Source: Rhina ancylostomus
Lineage: Eukaryota
Length of the DNA stretch: 61,195 bases
NCBI GenBank assembly: GCA_030265395.1
Contig: JARFYF010000063.1
Coordinates: 104,493,517 to 104,554,711 of the forward strand
Reading direction: 5' to 3'
Made by a program: the position numbers and the translations under genes. Positions within the stretch are counted from its first letter, which is position 1, and each line of letters starts with the position of its first letter. The notes below the pieces were generated by a model. That model was given only the letters and a program-made list of their open reading frames with translations, did no database searches and was not told where the DNA came from. Shown here piece by piece: positions 11,697 to 24,130 of this stretch.

Positions 11697-12724
11697 TGAA
11701 TAAAAAGCACATGGTTTTGGAGATAGGAATAAATGAATCTTCCTTGGTTTGTAGCCAAGGACTTGAGGGATACTGCACGGATGGTGCTCTACTGACAACT
11801 ATTAACCTATATTAATGGTTTGGCTGAGTGGACCAAGCTTGCTGATGACACAAAAATAAGTGGGAAGATGAGTAGCGAGAAGAATGCAGAGAGATTTCAA
11901 GAGTTATTGACAACCTAAATGCATGGGCAACAGCGTGACAGAGGGAATAAAAAGGGACAAACTGTCAGGTTGTCCACTTCAGATAAGAAAGGCTGAGTAT
12001 TTAGCAAATGGTGAGAAAATGGGAAGTGTTGATGTTCAGGGAACTTAGTGTCCTCCTACAAAAGTCACTGAGCACTATATGCTGATGCATCAGGCAATTA
12101 GGAAAGCGAATGTTATGTTGTTTTTCGTTATGAGACAAGTACGAGAGTAAAGATACCTTACCACAATTATATAGGAACTTGGTGAGACCACACAGAGTGC
12201 ATTATGTAAAATTGTGGTCTCTTTAACTAAAGAAAAAACTTGCTATAGAGGGAGTACGGCAAAGATTCACCAGACTGGTTACTGGGATGGCAGGTCTGTC
12301 ATTTGATGAGAGATTGAGTAGACTAGGCCTCCATTCTCTACAATTTATAGAACTGAAGGTGAAATACACAAAATTCTTAGAGATCTCAACAGAGTAGATC
12401 TGGGGAGGGCTTTTTCCCTGACTAAAGTGTCTAGAACTAGGGGTCAGTCTCAAATTAAGGGGTAAACCATTGAGGACTGATATGAAAAGAAATTCTTCTC
12501 TCAAAGGGTAGTGAATCTCTGTCATTCCCCAGAGTGGAGACGTGACGTGGCTCAGTCATTGATTGCATTCAAAAAAACAAAGGTGGGACATTAGAGGAAT
12601 CAGGGGATCTGGGATAAGGCAGGAAAGTTTCCTGAGCTAGTTGATCAGCTTGTGAAGAGCAGAATGGACTCAAGGAGCTGAATGTCTCACTCCTGTCCAT
12701 TTTTAAAAATGTTCTTCTGCACTT

Positions 12725-12910
12725 TCAGACATGGGAATCAGAGCTTTGGGTAGGTGGGTTTATGGACAACAGGGAAATTGAGGCAGAAGTGGAGTAGGAA
12801 GGAAACTGGTATTGAGACCAAAGTTCAGATTGGCCACAATATTACTGAATGGCAGAGCAGGCATGAAGAACCAGATGGCCATCTCTGGCTCTCATGTTTT
12901 ATGTTCTTAT
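12725..12910 (+). mobile_element. CR1 3'UTR remnant
   Basis: cagattggccac...gaatggcagagcaggcatgaag...tttatgttcttat. Confidence 0.65.
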
Positions 12911-13947
12911 ATTTCATATGTTTTTTCTTGTGGATGTCTTCGGAATTTTTGCCAGGCTTCTCTAGCTGTCAGTGCAGAAAGTCAGTGGAGATAGTTTCAG
13001 CCAAATATGAGTGAAAGATATAGAAGAAAAGAAGGTGAAACTACAAAGAAATTCCCCGTGTGTCAAATTTCATGCAAGTAAGATGGACATGCCATATTGC
13101 AGATTTTATCACTTCTTATCTGTAGGATGTAGAGAAAGATGATAGGGAAGGAGTTCCAGTTAGGTAGGTGGTGCATAACACTTACTGAGGAGGAGGAGAT
13201 TACATGTTAGTATTGGCAAGGTATTGTCTGGGAAGCATGATTCTAAGGGCAATGTTGTAAAACCTCACATCCATCTTCCAGCATCTGTAGAATTTCTTGT
13301 GTCTCTGTTATCATTCAGGAAAACACATTAAAAAATATATTGCAGTATTGGGAGACCTAAATAGTAGATGAGAGATTTATATCAAATATAGCAAAATTTT
13401 AAAATATTTGTTTAATGCCAAAGGTTTAAGCACACCAGCATGAACAGGGTAATCTATCAGTGTATTCTGGTAATCATACATTTGGTTTGTATGATTACTG
13501 GCTAAAAAAATGAGAATTCACCTTGTCTGGAAATTTGTAAAATTAAACATAAAGAAATTTTCTATTAATTGTACAAAAACTGGCGAATCCTAAAAAAAAT
13601 TACCCTTTTTGAAGGATTGCCTTTTAAATTTTAAAAGCTTTTCCTTGAATGAGAAAGAGGAAATCAAATTGTTATTAATATGTTTAACAGAGATTAAAAT
13701 TTTGCAGATATATATTTTAGGTAATTCATGTTTATGAGAACAATACAAATATCACAAACACTGTACTGTTAGTGCTCCCAATAATCCAGAAACTATTTAG
13801 GGTTTTCTTCATCATACTGTACTGTATTTTATTTATTGTTCCAATTTCCCTGTAGCTGTAATGATATTTCAAGATCTTCCCTCATAGTTAAGCTTTTGTG
13901 CCAGGTCTAACCACTTCTGTTATTCCTCCCTCATGTCATTCAACATG

Positions 13948-14135
13948 AAACAAAAACTGAGAATTCTGGAAACGTTCAGTGAGTCAGGCACAGCATCTGT
14001 GGAGAAATGACCAGTTAACATTTCAGGCATAACCCTTCATCTGGTTACTTCTCTCCACAGATGCTCTGCCTGACACACTGTTTCCAGCATTTTCTGTTCT
14101 TAGTTCAGTTTTCCAACTTTTACAGCATTTTTTAT
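13948..14135. mobile_element. Penelope pLTR-derived hairpin
   Basis: gcatctgtggagaaa / ctctccacagatgc inverted arms around aacccttcatctgg. Confidence 0.7.
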
Positions 14136-14679
14136 TAATTCAGCATGAATAGTTCTCGATAAGCATTTAACAAGGCCTGAATATTTTCTTTTTTTTTCCC
14201 CAATTCCCTAGATTGTTTTTTCACCATTAAAGCCATCCTAAAAAAAAGAGACAAATTGTTCATTATTCCCTTCTGCTGCAGGTCACCACTGTTAATGCTG
14301 CTTACCTATGCATTAAACTTATTAAATAGAAAAAATGAGCTCTACAGGAATGTAACTGGCCAATCCTTCTGCTTAAAAAAAATACTAAAATTGGCACTTT
14401 CAATTATTTTAGATTGTCCCATATCATGGGTTTGGTTCTTGACAGTAAGAGAAGCCCAAATATTCAGAATTATTTGCATATCTATTTTATTGTGCTCTTT
14501 TTACAAACTTATGTTTAATCTTCATTGGTTAACATGTTTTAAGTTTCTATATAAATCTATAAAGGTAGCAGAGTGTACTACTCCAGCACCACTACAAATA
14601 ATTAGTTGACATTAGGAGGCTGTGGCATATTCTTTCTATTGGGTGGATTTGATGTGTTTTGGTATTCTTAAGCACACTA

Positions 14680-15030
14680 TAGTCAATGAAGAACTTGTGA
14701 AATGTTGCCATTAATGTAGGAAATGTGGCACACAGCAAACTTCCACCAATAGTGATGTGATAATTACTGTATCATCTACTTTTTGAGTGAGGGACAAATA
14801 TTGACCAGAGAGCCCCCCCTTCAAATTAGAGGCAGTGATCTTTTACATCCACTTGAGAAGGCAGAAATGGTCTCACCTTAACAGCTCAGCCAAAAGGTGG
14901 TACCTCTGACTGTGCTAGAAAACTGTACCAGAGAGACAGCCAAGGTTTTCCTTCTCAAAATTTTGGAATAGGGCTTGAACCCACACCTTCAAATGTAGAG
15001 GCAGGAGCACTATGCACCACAGCACAGCTA
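14680..15030 (-). mobile_element. Deu-domain SINE (SacSINE1/AmnSINE1 superfamily), near full length
   Basis: gatcttttacatccacttgagaaggcag..., acctctgac and head gggcttgaacccacacctt..agaggc (minus-strand B-box ggttcaagccc). Confidence 0.65.
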
Positions 15031-15815
15031 GCACACCTGAGGCAGTACAACAATTAAAAATTAAAATTAAAACTATAAATGGCTCTGTCGGAAATTCAAA
15101 GACCTCTACAATACGATATCACAGCCTGCACTAAGCTTTAATTTTTCTCAAATGTTAACATGTGGTCAGTTTCCCGAAAAGGCTTTACAAGCTTAAGTGT
15201 ATTGTGCAGATTTTAGTTTCATCCATCTTTTTAGAATTAGCAAAATGTTTTAAATGCTATTTTCTTAAATGATTGCAATCTTGGTCATTTCAATGTATGA
15301 TTCTGAAGAACATTCAACAGCTTGGCAAGTAAACAGATAGAAAATAACATATTTTCATTTGTCTTGTACCATTCATAAACTGTTGTTAACGCAGTGTGGT
15401 CATTGATGTATAGGCAGCATTACTGGAAGATTTCATGCATGTGGGCAGTGTTAAACTAGAAAATAACAGGAACTGATCTTGGATCAGCATTAAGCCCAGT
15501 ATCATCTTTGTACTGCCTCTGAAGCAGATTGCCTTATTCTTTGACTCCAAAGCATTTTGCTATGGGCACTCTGCCCTTTCGGTAGTTTGAATGAACAAGC
15601 AATTTGATTGATTTCACAACTGCATGTGCAATTGGGTATACATGTTATCAATCACAATGCTCCTGTCACTGTATATTTGACTCACAAATAAAGGGACACA
15701 TACCAGGGGAATCATCAAAGATGCAAATGCAATTTTTCCCCTCGATTTTGGCTTCAGATGTTGGAAAATCTAGGAATTCTCACAGCTAAGGCAGCTCATG
15801 CCAGGCGACATCTAA

Positions 15816-15830
15816 GTTTCTCTAGGCAAC
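15816..15830. promoter_or_regulatory. RFX X-box-like motif
   Basis: GTTTCT-CTA-GGCAAC, ~370 bp from the CpG cluster. Confidence 0.45.
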
Positions 15831-16184
15831 AAGGAACAGGGATGTCTCTTCACTGCCAAAGAAATGCAAGCACGTTTACTGATGTGCTAACAGTTATTAG
15901 ATGTCCACTCTATTTTCTTTGGACTTATCAGCCCTTTTGACAATCAAGAAAAATGTTTGCAATATGTTCTCACTCCATTAAGCCATGATAAAGAGAAATT
16001 CTGTGTACACTTTTTTTGTTGAAACCTCAGTCACTGACAGCAACAACAATACAGAAATAGAGCAGTGCTCTTTGCACATGAGCCTGTAGCGGCTAGCTAC
16101 GCTGAATAGACAGGAGACACTTGTTTGAAGTCAAAGAGTCGAATGAATGACCAGAGTGTGCTGCCCCTTTAATACTCACAGTTC

Positions 16185-16331
16185 CCACGCTGACGTCACA
16201 TGCAGGTCACGTGACCTTCCTGCACACGGGCTTTCCCAGCCCAACGAAGAAGAAGGAGTGCCTCGCGCCATCTTGGATCAGGGCCTCTGATGACGTTGGC
16301 GATCACGGGAGCCGGTTCACTAATGGTAAGT
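16185..16331. promoter_or_regulatory. CpG-rich Pol II promoter (CRE, CLEAR/E-box, YY1)
   Basis: About 11 CpGs in ~135 bp against a CpG-depleted background; TGACGTCA 16191-16198; AGGTCACGTGACCT 16204-16217; CGCCATCTTG 16266-16275; half-CRE TGACG ~16291. Confidence 0.8.
16250..16325 (+). other. Candidate first exon ending in ATG|GTAAGT (gene unidentified; start approximate)
   Basis: Consensus donor GTAAGT at 16326-16331 immediately after ATG (16323-16325), downstream of the promoter motifs and YY1 site. Confidence 0.55.
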
Positions 16332-16559
16332 CACTACAGGCCCTTATTTTTAATCCCCAAAATATGCAAGGATTTGAACAATATTACGTGAAATATTTCA
16401 CACTGGATAACATAGTTTCTTTTTTTTTTCAGATTTAACCTTGTTTTCACCTTGTTCTAAGAAAGTAGCAATCCAAAATGCTAAGTTGAACTTTGAAGCT
16501 ATATAGAAAGAGAACCCACATTCAAACCCAGTGTATTAATCAAAAAGCAAAGGGTGGTC

Positions 16560-17360
16560 TTTGTGGAAATCTGAATTAAAAACACAGAATGCTGGAAACT
16601 CTCAACAGGTCAGGCAGCATCCATGTAGGGAAGAACTGGATTAATGCTTCAGGTCAATGCCCTTTCATCAGAAATAGGAAGAGATGTTTGAAGTTGCAGA
16701 GTAGGGGGAGCATGGACAGAATAAATGGATTCTTTGAGACCAAGAGAGACAAATGATGCAAGAGGTGGTGGTGCCGATTTAAAGAGGGTGGTGAAGGTTT
16801 GTTTATAACAAATAGTGTAAATAGGATTCAATATTGAATCCTGAAATACCTTACAGCCCTTAAGATTCAACATTTAATTCGACAATTTCAGATAACCAGC
16901 CTTTCTACTTTATATCAGAACTGGCCAGTTCTGGGGAAGGGTCATCAGGAGGAAACCTTGGCTCTGTTTTCCTCCCTCCATAGATGCTGACCTACTGGCA
17001 AATTACAACATTCTCTTTTCCTTTCAATTCCAGCAGTTTTAGTGTTTTGCATCTTAAAGTCCCAGCACATTTCTTTCTCTCTCTTCTTTTTTCTTCATCT
17101 CATTTGTCTCATCCAAATAAATCAGCCCTGGTGATTTTCTTCTAGTCAGTGCAAACACCATGTGTGTCAGCCATTCTCTGTTGGTCTCCACCATCCCACA
17201 GATGGTCGTTTTGTTTCTCTACGTGTTTCCGTGTGACTATTACTTTGCAGAATAAAACATGCCTGTTTTCTGACATTCCTTAATTTTGATGAAAGGCCAT
17301 GGATCCCCACTGATGCTGCCTGATCTGCTGAGTATTTCCAGCATTTTCTGTTTTTATCCC
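16560..17360. mobile_element. Cluster of Penelope pLTR fragments in both orientations
   Basis: Minus copy from aatgctggaaactctcaacaggtcaggcagcatc (16588); plus copies ending gatgctgcctgatctgctgagtatttccagcattttctgtttttat (~17357). Confidence 0.7.
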
Positions 17361-17589
17361 CAATTTATTAATTCTGTGCTGAGCTCATGGATCTTATGAG
17401 GATCTTGGCTTGAGCAAATATTGTCTCTACAATTTCTATTTTTTTCCACATCAGGATGTGTAGTTAGAAGTGTGAAAAATGATAATGTCACTTTGCCCAG
17501 AGAATCAGTTACTTCTGTGGATCATGAATAATATGCCCTAGCTGAGATTTGTATGGCATGTTTCATGTAAAAAATTCTACAATTTATTC

Positions 17590-17815
17590 ACAGATAGAAG
17601 TACAGCTAAATGCTGAGCCAAAAAAGGAAGGAATATGGAGGAATTGATGGAAGAGGAGGGCTTTGAGGCTTTTAAAGGAGAAAACCAGAAAGGAGGGAAT
17701 TCCTGAGTCAGATCCAGTTGGCTGAAGCCTCTGTTGCTATCTGGGGGCCAAATGGAGGTGCACATGATGTAGGAATGCGCGGAACACTCTGTTCTGGAGG
17801 ACCGAGGATTGCACA
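17590..17815 (-). mobile_element. L2 LINE 3' fragment
   Basis: gagggaattcctgagtcag...ggctgaagcc pattern of the L2 3' region. Confidence 0.5.
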
Positions 17816-17919
17816 TTCATTTGAAATGTTGAGCAAGTTGGTTCACTGCATGCAAAAGATAATGTGAGAATAAAATGTTTTAACATCAAAGTTGACATAA
17901 GGAAAGATGGTAATATGCT

Positions 17920-18135
17920 GACAGTGGTTATGATTTAGAACTCTTGTCTGTGAGGGTGGTGGAAATCGGGTCAATCAGGGCTTTCAGTGGGGATTGAAAA
18001 AGCACGCGGGGAAAATAATTTGCAGGGTTATGAGGAAAATATTGTGGAACGAGACTGATAGAATTGCTCCACTAAAAGTTGGTACGGACTCGATGGGCTG
18101 AAGAGCTTCCCTGTGTGTGTAATAATTCTATGATC
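17920..18135 (+). mobile_element. CR1 3' end
   Basis: gagggtggtggaa...gatgggctgaagagcttcc..tgtgt..taattctatgat. Confidence 0.7.
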
Positions 18136-18544
18136 CTCTAAAGCTTGATACAACTCCCATCTTATTATTGAAGTTGATATGAGGCATGAGGGCCATCCAT
18201 GCTCCATTCATCACTTGCATTTCACAGATGACATTTATAGGGTTTGGTCTTAGAAAAAAAACTTGTTCCTTGGACCATTGGATCAGCTTTCTTTTATTTG
18301 CCTTTATCAACAAGGCTCATCTTAAGATTGTGATGATACCTGATTGAATAGGTAAAATCAAGGTTGTACTCTGGCCAGCAGTGTACAGCGATAGGTGTTT
18401 GAAGAGGTGTCCTCAAATACCTGTCCCAGACCAATCCAATCTGTCCCCCTTGATTCTGTTTCTGGCCTTCTTCTGAAACCTCTACAATGCATGTAACCAG
18501 ACGCAGTGACGGTTGCCTCAGAGAATGCCATTTTGCTGCCTTTC

Positions 18545-19590
18545 AGGGCCCAAGACCATTAGGTTTATCTCCCTTCTCTAACGTTTGGCCTTCCTTTCTT
18601 CTTTTCCTCACCTACATGTTGGTTGCTGGCGCCATCATGCACAAACACAAGGTTAGCTTCTTCACGTACTCTAGTGATCTTTGTCTCTTTCTGTAACCTA
18701 GACAGCACTTTCTCACAATCATGACTCCACCAGGTATCACCAGGTTCCCTTATACTGCCTTCCCAAACTCTTGGTGCCAATCCAGCCCTTTGATAATTCC
18801 ACTTTATATCTGTATAGACATTCTTTGAGGTGCTTATCCCTGCCCCTCTTTTTCTTTTGCAATCCTTCCACCTAGCTCCTCTTCCCTCATCTTCACCTTC
18901 ATCGTTTTTTCCCTCTTCCCAACCAATAGACCCACAGTGGGTAACTTCACCAATCTGATTCCCATCCTGCTCACCACACCTATCATTTACTGATCACCTT
19001 GTGAATTGTCAATCATTGAACCTTTTGAGTTTGCCTCCAAGATGCCAAGGTCTCTGCAATCAATATCTTCAGACAATTAGCCTGACATTCTCATTTTGAC
19101 TGAAACTTTTCTCTTGACTGGCAATGTTATACTCCAGATCTGAGCTTCCTCTGTGTTTGGACTTTCCTCCTCCTTTACTGCCTAAAGTACATTGGTGGCA
19201 GCATAGAACTTTCCATTGAATCACACCTAGGATTTCTGTCAATAAATCTGGCATCCACTCTGTTTATGCTCATTTCACATCAGAATCTGCCCCTCACCTT
19301 TTCTTAAAACTCCTTATCTCTCTTTTACCTATCAGACTGCAACCACAACATTCCTATTAGTGTCCAAGACCCCTGAATTGACACCTCTGGAGCATACAGG
19401 GATACATCCTTGTCTCTTCCTCATCTACAGGTCTGCTCCTAGTGACATCATGCATAAAGATAGGGTCAGCTTCTTCATGTACACCAGTGACACCTGGTTG
19501 CACCTCCTGTCTACCATCCCTATTCCTCCTCCGGTTTGGTACAATCAGATTGCCTGTCTGCCTCACACTTCCCTCCAGCTAAATGCCAGG
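18545..19590 (+). mobile_element. Several degenerate L2 ORF2 fragments (APE and two RT pieces)
   Basis: LFLTYML...HKHKVSFFTYSSD and LFLIY...HKDRVSFFMYTSDTWL resemble L2 LFxIYxxPLG..HGVSFHMYADDTQL; DILILTET at ~19085. Confidence 0.7.
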
Positions 19591-19764
19591 NNNNNNNNNN
19601 NNNNNNNNTCAGATGCCGAGCATAAGTTCTGTGCCATTGACCCAATCTTGCTCTCAGCCACCACATCAGGTTCAACCATATATGTTCTATTTGATTTTCA
19701 GTTGATTCTACACTTTATATTCTTTCCAGCCCAATGTCAACTTTTTTTTCATAAAGATAGTCAA

Positions 19765-20300
19765 TGAAACAGAAACTGCTGGAAACACTCAGCAGTCATG
19801 GGGGGGGGGAGAGGGGGGTAGGGGGGGAGGAAGAGGGAGAGATAATGTTTTGGATCAAGGACTCTTCATCAGAACTGGAAAAATGAGGAAGCAAGCATGT
19901 TAAATTGCAAAGAGGAAGTGGGGTGGAGAGAAGGGAGGGAATGCAGTGATTGGGTGCAGAGCTAATTTGTCAAGGTAACAATTAGTTTAAATACTGGCAA
20001 TTAGAGACAAATGAGGAAAAAGAAACAAACAGATTTAAACTATGTTACAATCTGTGGGGAGAAAAGGGTGGTTACCTGAAATTGTTAAATTCAGCAGTCA
20101 ATCTGAAGGGTTGCAACATGCCCAGACAGATGATAATGTCTCGTTCCTCAAACTTACACAAGGTTTTGTTGGAGGTCAAAGGCAAAGAGGTCAAAGAGTG
20201 GGAGTGGGTCAGAGAATTAAAGTGATAGGTGACTGGAAACTCAGGGTTGCCCTTGTGGACTGAACAGAGGCATTGAGTGAGGTGGTTAACCAATCTACTT
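19765..20300 (-). mobile_element. Penelope-like element 3' end
   Basis: ORF 20072-20293(-) PVTYHFNSLTHS...EERDIIICLGMLQP..AEFNNFR* is a GIY-YIG tail, followed by pLTR. Confidence 0.8.
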
Positions 20301-20356
20301 TTTTCGGGGGGGGGGGGGGGGGGGCGGNNNNNNNNNNNNNNNNNNNNNNNNNNNNN

Positions 20357-20680
20357 TAACCTGATTTTAGATCATCCACAAATCTGCAGGTCCTCCTTAT
20401 CCATCACCCTTCCTCTCAATGACGTTCTTATCCTTGGCTTTGAAGCTTTGCATGTCTCCATAACTCAGTCTATGTAACCTCCTCCCTTGCAGCGAGTCCC
20501 ACGGCCTGAACTCTGACTGTGGCCTCCTGTGCATCTCCTTGCCCCATTTTTAAAACTCCATCTCTTTGTGACCAAGGTTTAGGTCACCAGCTATGTCTTA
20601 TCTCCTGGCATCCATTTTATTCTGTTGATTTTCTTCTAGTATAAAAGATGTTATAGAATTAGTAGTTGCTATTGTTTCTC
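20357..20680 (+). mobile_element. L2 3' end
   Basis: tttaaaactccatctctttgtgaccaagg...taaaagatgttatag..agtagttgctattg. Confidence 0.55.
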
Positions 20681-23019
20681 ATTTACTCAGGCTTTATCAT
20701 GACAGCTGAGCCACTAAGGCTTGAGGAAGGTTTCTAAGGTTATTTAGGGCTTTGATAAATTAATTAAAAATTGTTGGAAAGGGATGAATTTAAGATAATC
20801 AAAAAAACAGATGAAGTGGAGATTATTATGTGTTATTTCCTGCGCCAAGATTTTCTTGAAAGAAATTCTATTAGAAGAGATTAGATAGTTACTTGACAAA
20901 GAGGAATATTTGGGGAGTGGGATCAGACCAAGAGGGTGGGAAGAAGGACAGTGAAATTGTCTTCTTGGACTGAGTATTTCACTTCTGCAGCATTGTACAA
21001 TTGCATGAAACCTTTGACAATTGGTTCTTATGGTGCTCGTGCCCTTCAGATGAACAGCGAAAACATCCTGTAAAATGTAATCTATACTGCACTGAAATCT
21101 TCACAGCAATCATCTAAAAGGTGTTATTTTGCTCACTTTACTATTCAGTTCTTTGTAACTAGCAGTTTCTGTTCTGCATTGCACTGTGTTTGTCAGATAT
21201 GCCTGAGGCTTCTAATGCCTTTAAAAAGCTGTCACTGAGAACAGTGGATTAATTCATGTCCTCTGAGGTTTCGCATTTTGGCGCAGAGAAAACATTGCAA
21301 CAGCTTGCTCAAAAGGTGACATTTCACAGTATGCAAAGTAATATAAAGTCTTTTGGGATTGCAGAACTTACAAAAAGCCTCATGCCTCTTGACTTTGTTG
21401 CCAGTGGTAAGACAGATGTGGCTTACAGACTCAATTCAGTGAAGAGTGAGCAATCTTCTAAAGGGAAGATTTGATGCGAAGGCAATGGAAACCATTTGAA
21501 TGACTAACAACAATCAGCACGATGTTTGTCCGAATTAAACTGCACATTCAATCAAGTTAAAATAAAGTTTGAGGATACTGAAAACCCACACATGATGAAT
21601 CATGTTAAATTGTTAGCTAGTTAGCAGAAAGTGTACATTCTTTATAAAATAATGTTTGCTTTTCTCCCTTTGTTGAGCTCAGATGCAGCAAAATTGAGGA
21701 CAAAATGGTGTGGCTCATGCCAATATGCAAAACAGCCATTTCCATGACGGTGGCTGCACTATTCAGTTCTGTCATTCAGCTTATGCTGCAGTGAGAATAT
21801 TGCAGCTGTTGTATCACTGCGCTGCTGACTCTTGTGTAACACACGGCCAGTGTTAAAAAAGGTCACTGAAGAACCTGCGCCTCTTATTTTTATTTCCTTT
21901 AAGTATGTTATTTTTATTTTAAGCAGAAAGATCTAGGATAGCTTTTCGCAATATGCACAGTACACGTGCCTATTTCTTGTTGGAATAAGCATTTTGCAAA
22001 AATGAATAAATATTAGTGGGGAATATGTTGTGGTCATATACCCCAATATTAACAACCCTTCAGCATTGTGAAAACATCCCAAGACGCTTCATAGGAACAT
22101 TATCTCCATCACCTCTAAAGGCTTTGCAATGTAGTCAGCACAATATATATAAGCTATCCAAATCTCCTTGGGCTTTGCATCAGCACTGTGAAGCATTTTA
22201 ACAAGTATTTTTTTCCCTGGGACCAAGTAACACAAGGATCAATTTGTATGGAATGTATAACACAGTTTTTCAAAATGTATTTCCATAATTATTTGATTAA
22301 TATGGGCTCCTTTTTCCTGTACTTCTGCTCCAATGCATAGATCATCTTTTAGTTGGTGGGGTGATGAGTAAGTAGAATGTGATATGCTTTAACTCCAAAG
22401 ACTATATTAACCCAGAGAGTATTCATTCCCCAGAGAGAAGGTGTTTCTCTGATCTCATCTGAAAAGCAGTTTATCGTATTTCTGGCTTCTGGACCAGAGA
22501 GGCAAAGCTGAAAGTCAAAGGTAAAAATTACACGGGAGCTCCAATCACAGCATTAGGTATTTTTGAAATTCGGGAATTTGTAAGGCTGACAGATTAGAGT
22601 TCATCACTAGATCAGGGTCTCTGATATTGCCATTTTCAGAATTTAATAAAACACAAGTTAATGCACTTAAAATTCTTGCTCATAGTTTTGAGATAGCTTA
22701 TATATGGAAGAAAATTATATTAATTTTAATAACTTTTTGATTGATCCAAGACTCCTACCAACTTACCCTGCATTTCTCTCAACTAATGGGCAGTAATTTG
22801 TTGTCTCTTGACCTGAGTTTATTATGCTCTTCAGTGACTTCCCCTGAAGATTTTTTCTACAAGATTATTTTGTGTGAGAAGGTTCTTCTTTGATTTCAAG
22901 GGGAATGATGTTCAACTTTGGTTATGGCAGTAATGGCAATGCAAATCAAGAAAGTTGTACATTACTTGGCTTGATGAATATCAATCACTTTATGCATTTA
23001 TTTCCCCCATCCCTATGCG

Positions 23020-23340
23020 TCCTGCTCAACCACCACTGACTGGTTGAAGTTGCACATGTCAGCCAGAAAGCTATTTTACACATCCAGCTGTACATAAGGC
23101 ATCTTCACTCCAGGGAAGGGCACTTAAGGAAGGCAGAAGAACTACCTCAAGAACTCCTTCAAGCAAGTCAGAAGATACTTCAAGAACTCCCTCAAGCCAT
23201 CATTGAATCAATTGATTATTGATCTTGGGGGAAACCCCGTCTTCACTTACTCCAGCCGGTGAAGCCTGATCCATGCTGGAGCCATGGTCAATGCGTGGAG
23301 GCAAGCTGCTGAAACAGCATAGAAGCTGAAGTAGAAAAAA
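23020..23340 (+). mobile_element. Old RTE 3' fragment
   Basis: GRQKNYLKNSFK / RYFKNSLK remnants, with a short internal direct duplication (caagaactcc(t/c)tcaagc x2). Confidence 0.5.
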
Positions 23341-23779
23341 TATAGTCTTAGNNNNNNNNNNNNNNNNNNNNNNNNNNNNNNNNNNNNNNNNNNNNNNNNN
23401 NNNNNNNNNNNNNNNNNNNNNNNNNNNNNNNNNNNNNNNNNNNNNNNNNNNNNNNNNNNNNNNNNNNNNNNNNNNNNNNNNNNNNNNNNNNNNNNNNNNN
23501 NNNNNNNNNNNNNNNNNNNNNNNNNNNNNNNNNNNNNNNNNNNNNNNNNNNNNNNNNNNNNNNNNNNNNNNNNNNNNNNNNNNNNNNNNNNNNNNNNNNN
23601 NNNNNNNNNNNNNNNNNNNNNNNNNNNNNNNNNNNNNNNNNNNNNNNNNNNNNNNNNNNNNNNNNNNNNNNNNNNNNNNNNNNNNNNNNNNNNNNNNNNN
23701 NNNNNNNNNNNNNNNNNNNNNNNNNNNNNNNACTGTTGATTGTCAACTGTTAAAAAATGTTGATTAGAGAAGCTGGAAT

Positions 23780-24130
23780 ATGTCCATCTAACATTATGTG
23801 ACAGAATCTCTTTTGCAGTGGAAAGCCTTTGAAGATTAGCTTGATTAACCATCTTTTTAACCATCACTAACAAGTCTGTTGCCATCCATGACTGAGGGAA
23901 GTTACATTCCTTGAAAACTTTGTAATAGCAGCAGGTCCACTGTTATTCATCCAAGCACCATCTCTTGCTTGGTGTGCCACAGACAGTTCAAACACAAATT
24001 TCCTGACAAACTATTTACATGCTTGGTGAAATCAAACAACCAGTGATGTTATGGTCATTCTCAAACTTGGAGAATGAACAACATCAACATGGCATTGCTG
24101 TCTTTGACTGGTTTCCTGTGTCTGTATGCC
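23780..24130 (-). mobile_element. Highly decayed Harbinger transposase relic
   Basis: Minus strand NFPQSWMATD and aaaggctttccac resemble GFPxVQGAID and KGFH in the expected order. Confidence 0.35.

Larger units (their letters stand above)
10810..12720 (+). mobile_element. Degenerate, internally deleted CR1 ORF2 with 3' end
   Basis: Remnants of KSQGL.DLH, VPADWR.AN, MYLDFQKAF, KLADDTKI and the 3'UTR; many stops; interrupted at 11480-11696. Confidence 0.85.

Noticed and set aside
16323-16325. Assigning the ATG-only exon to a known gene such as MDH1 or VPS29
   Set aside because: No matching second coding exon was seen in the following 45 kb.
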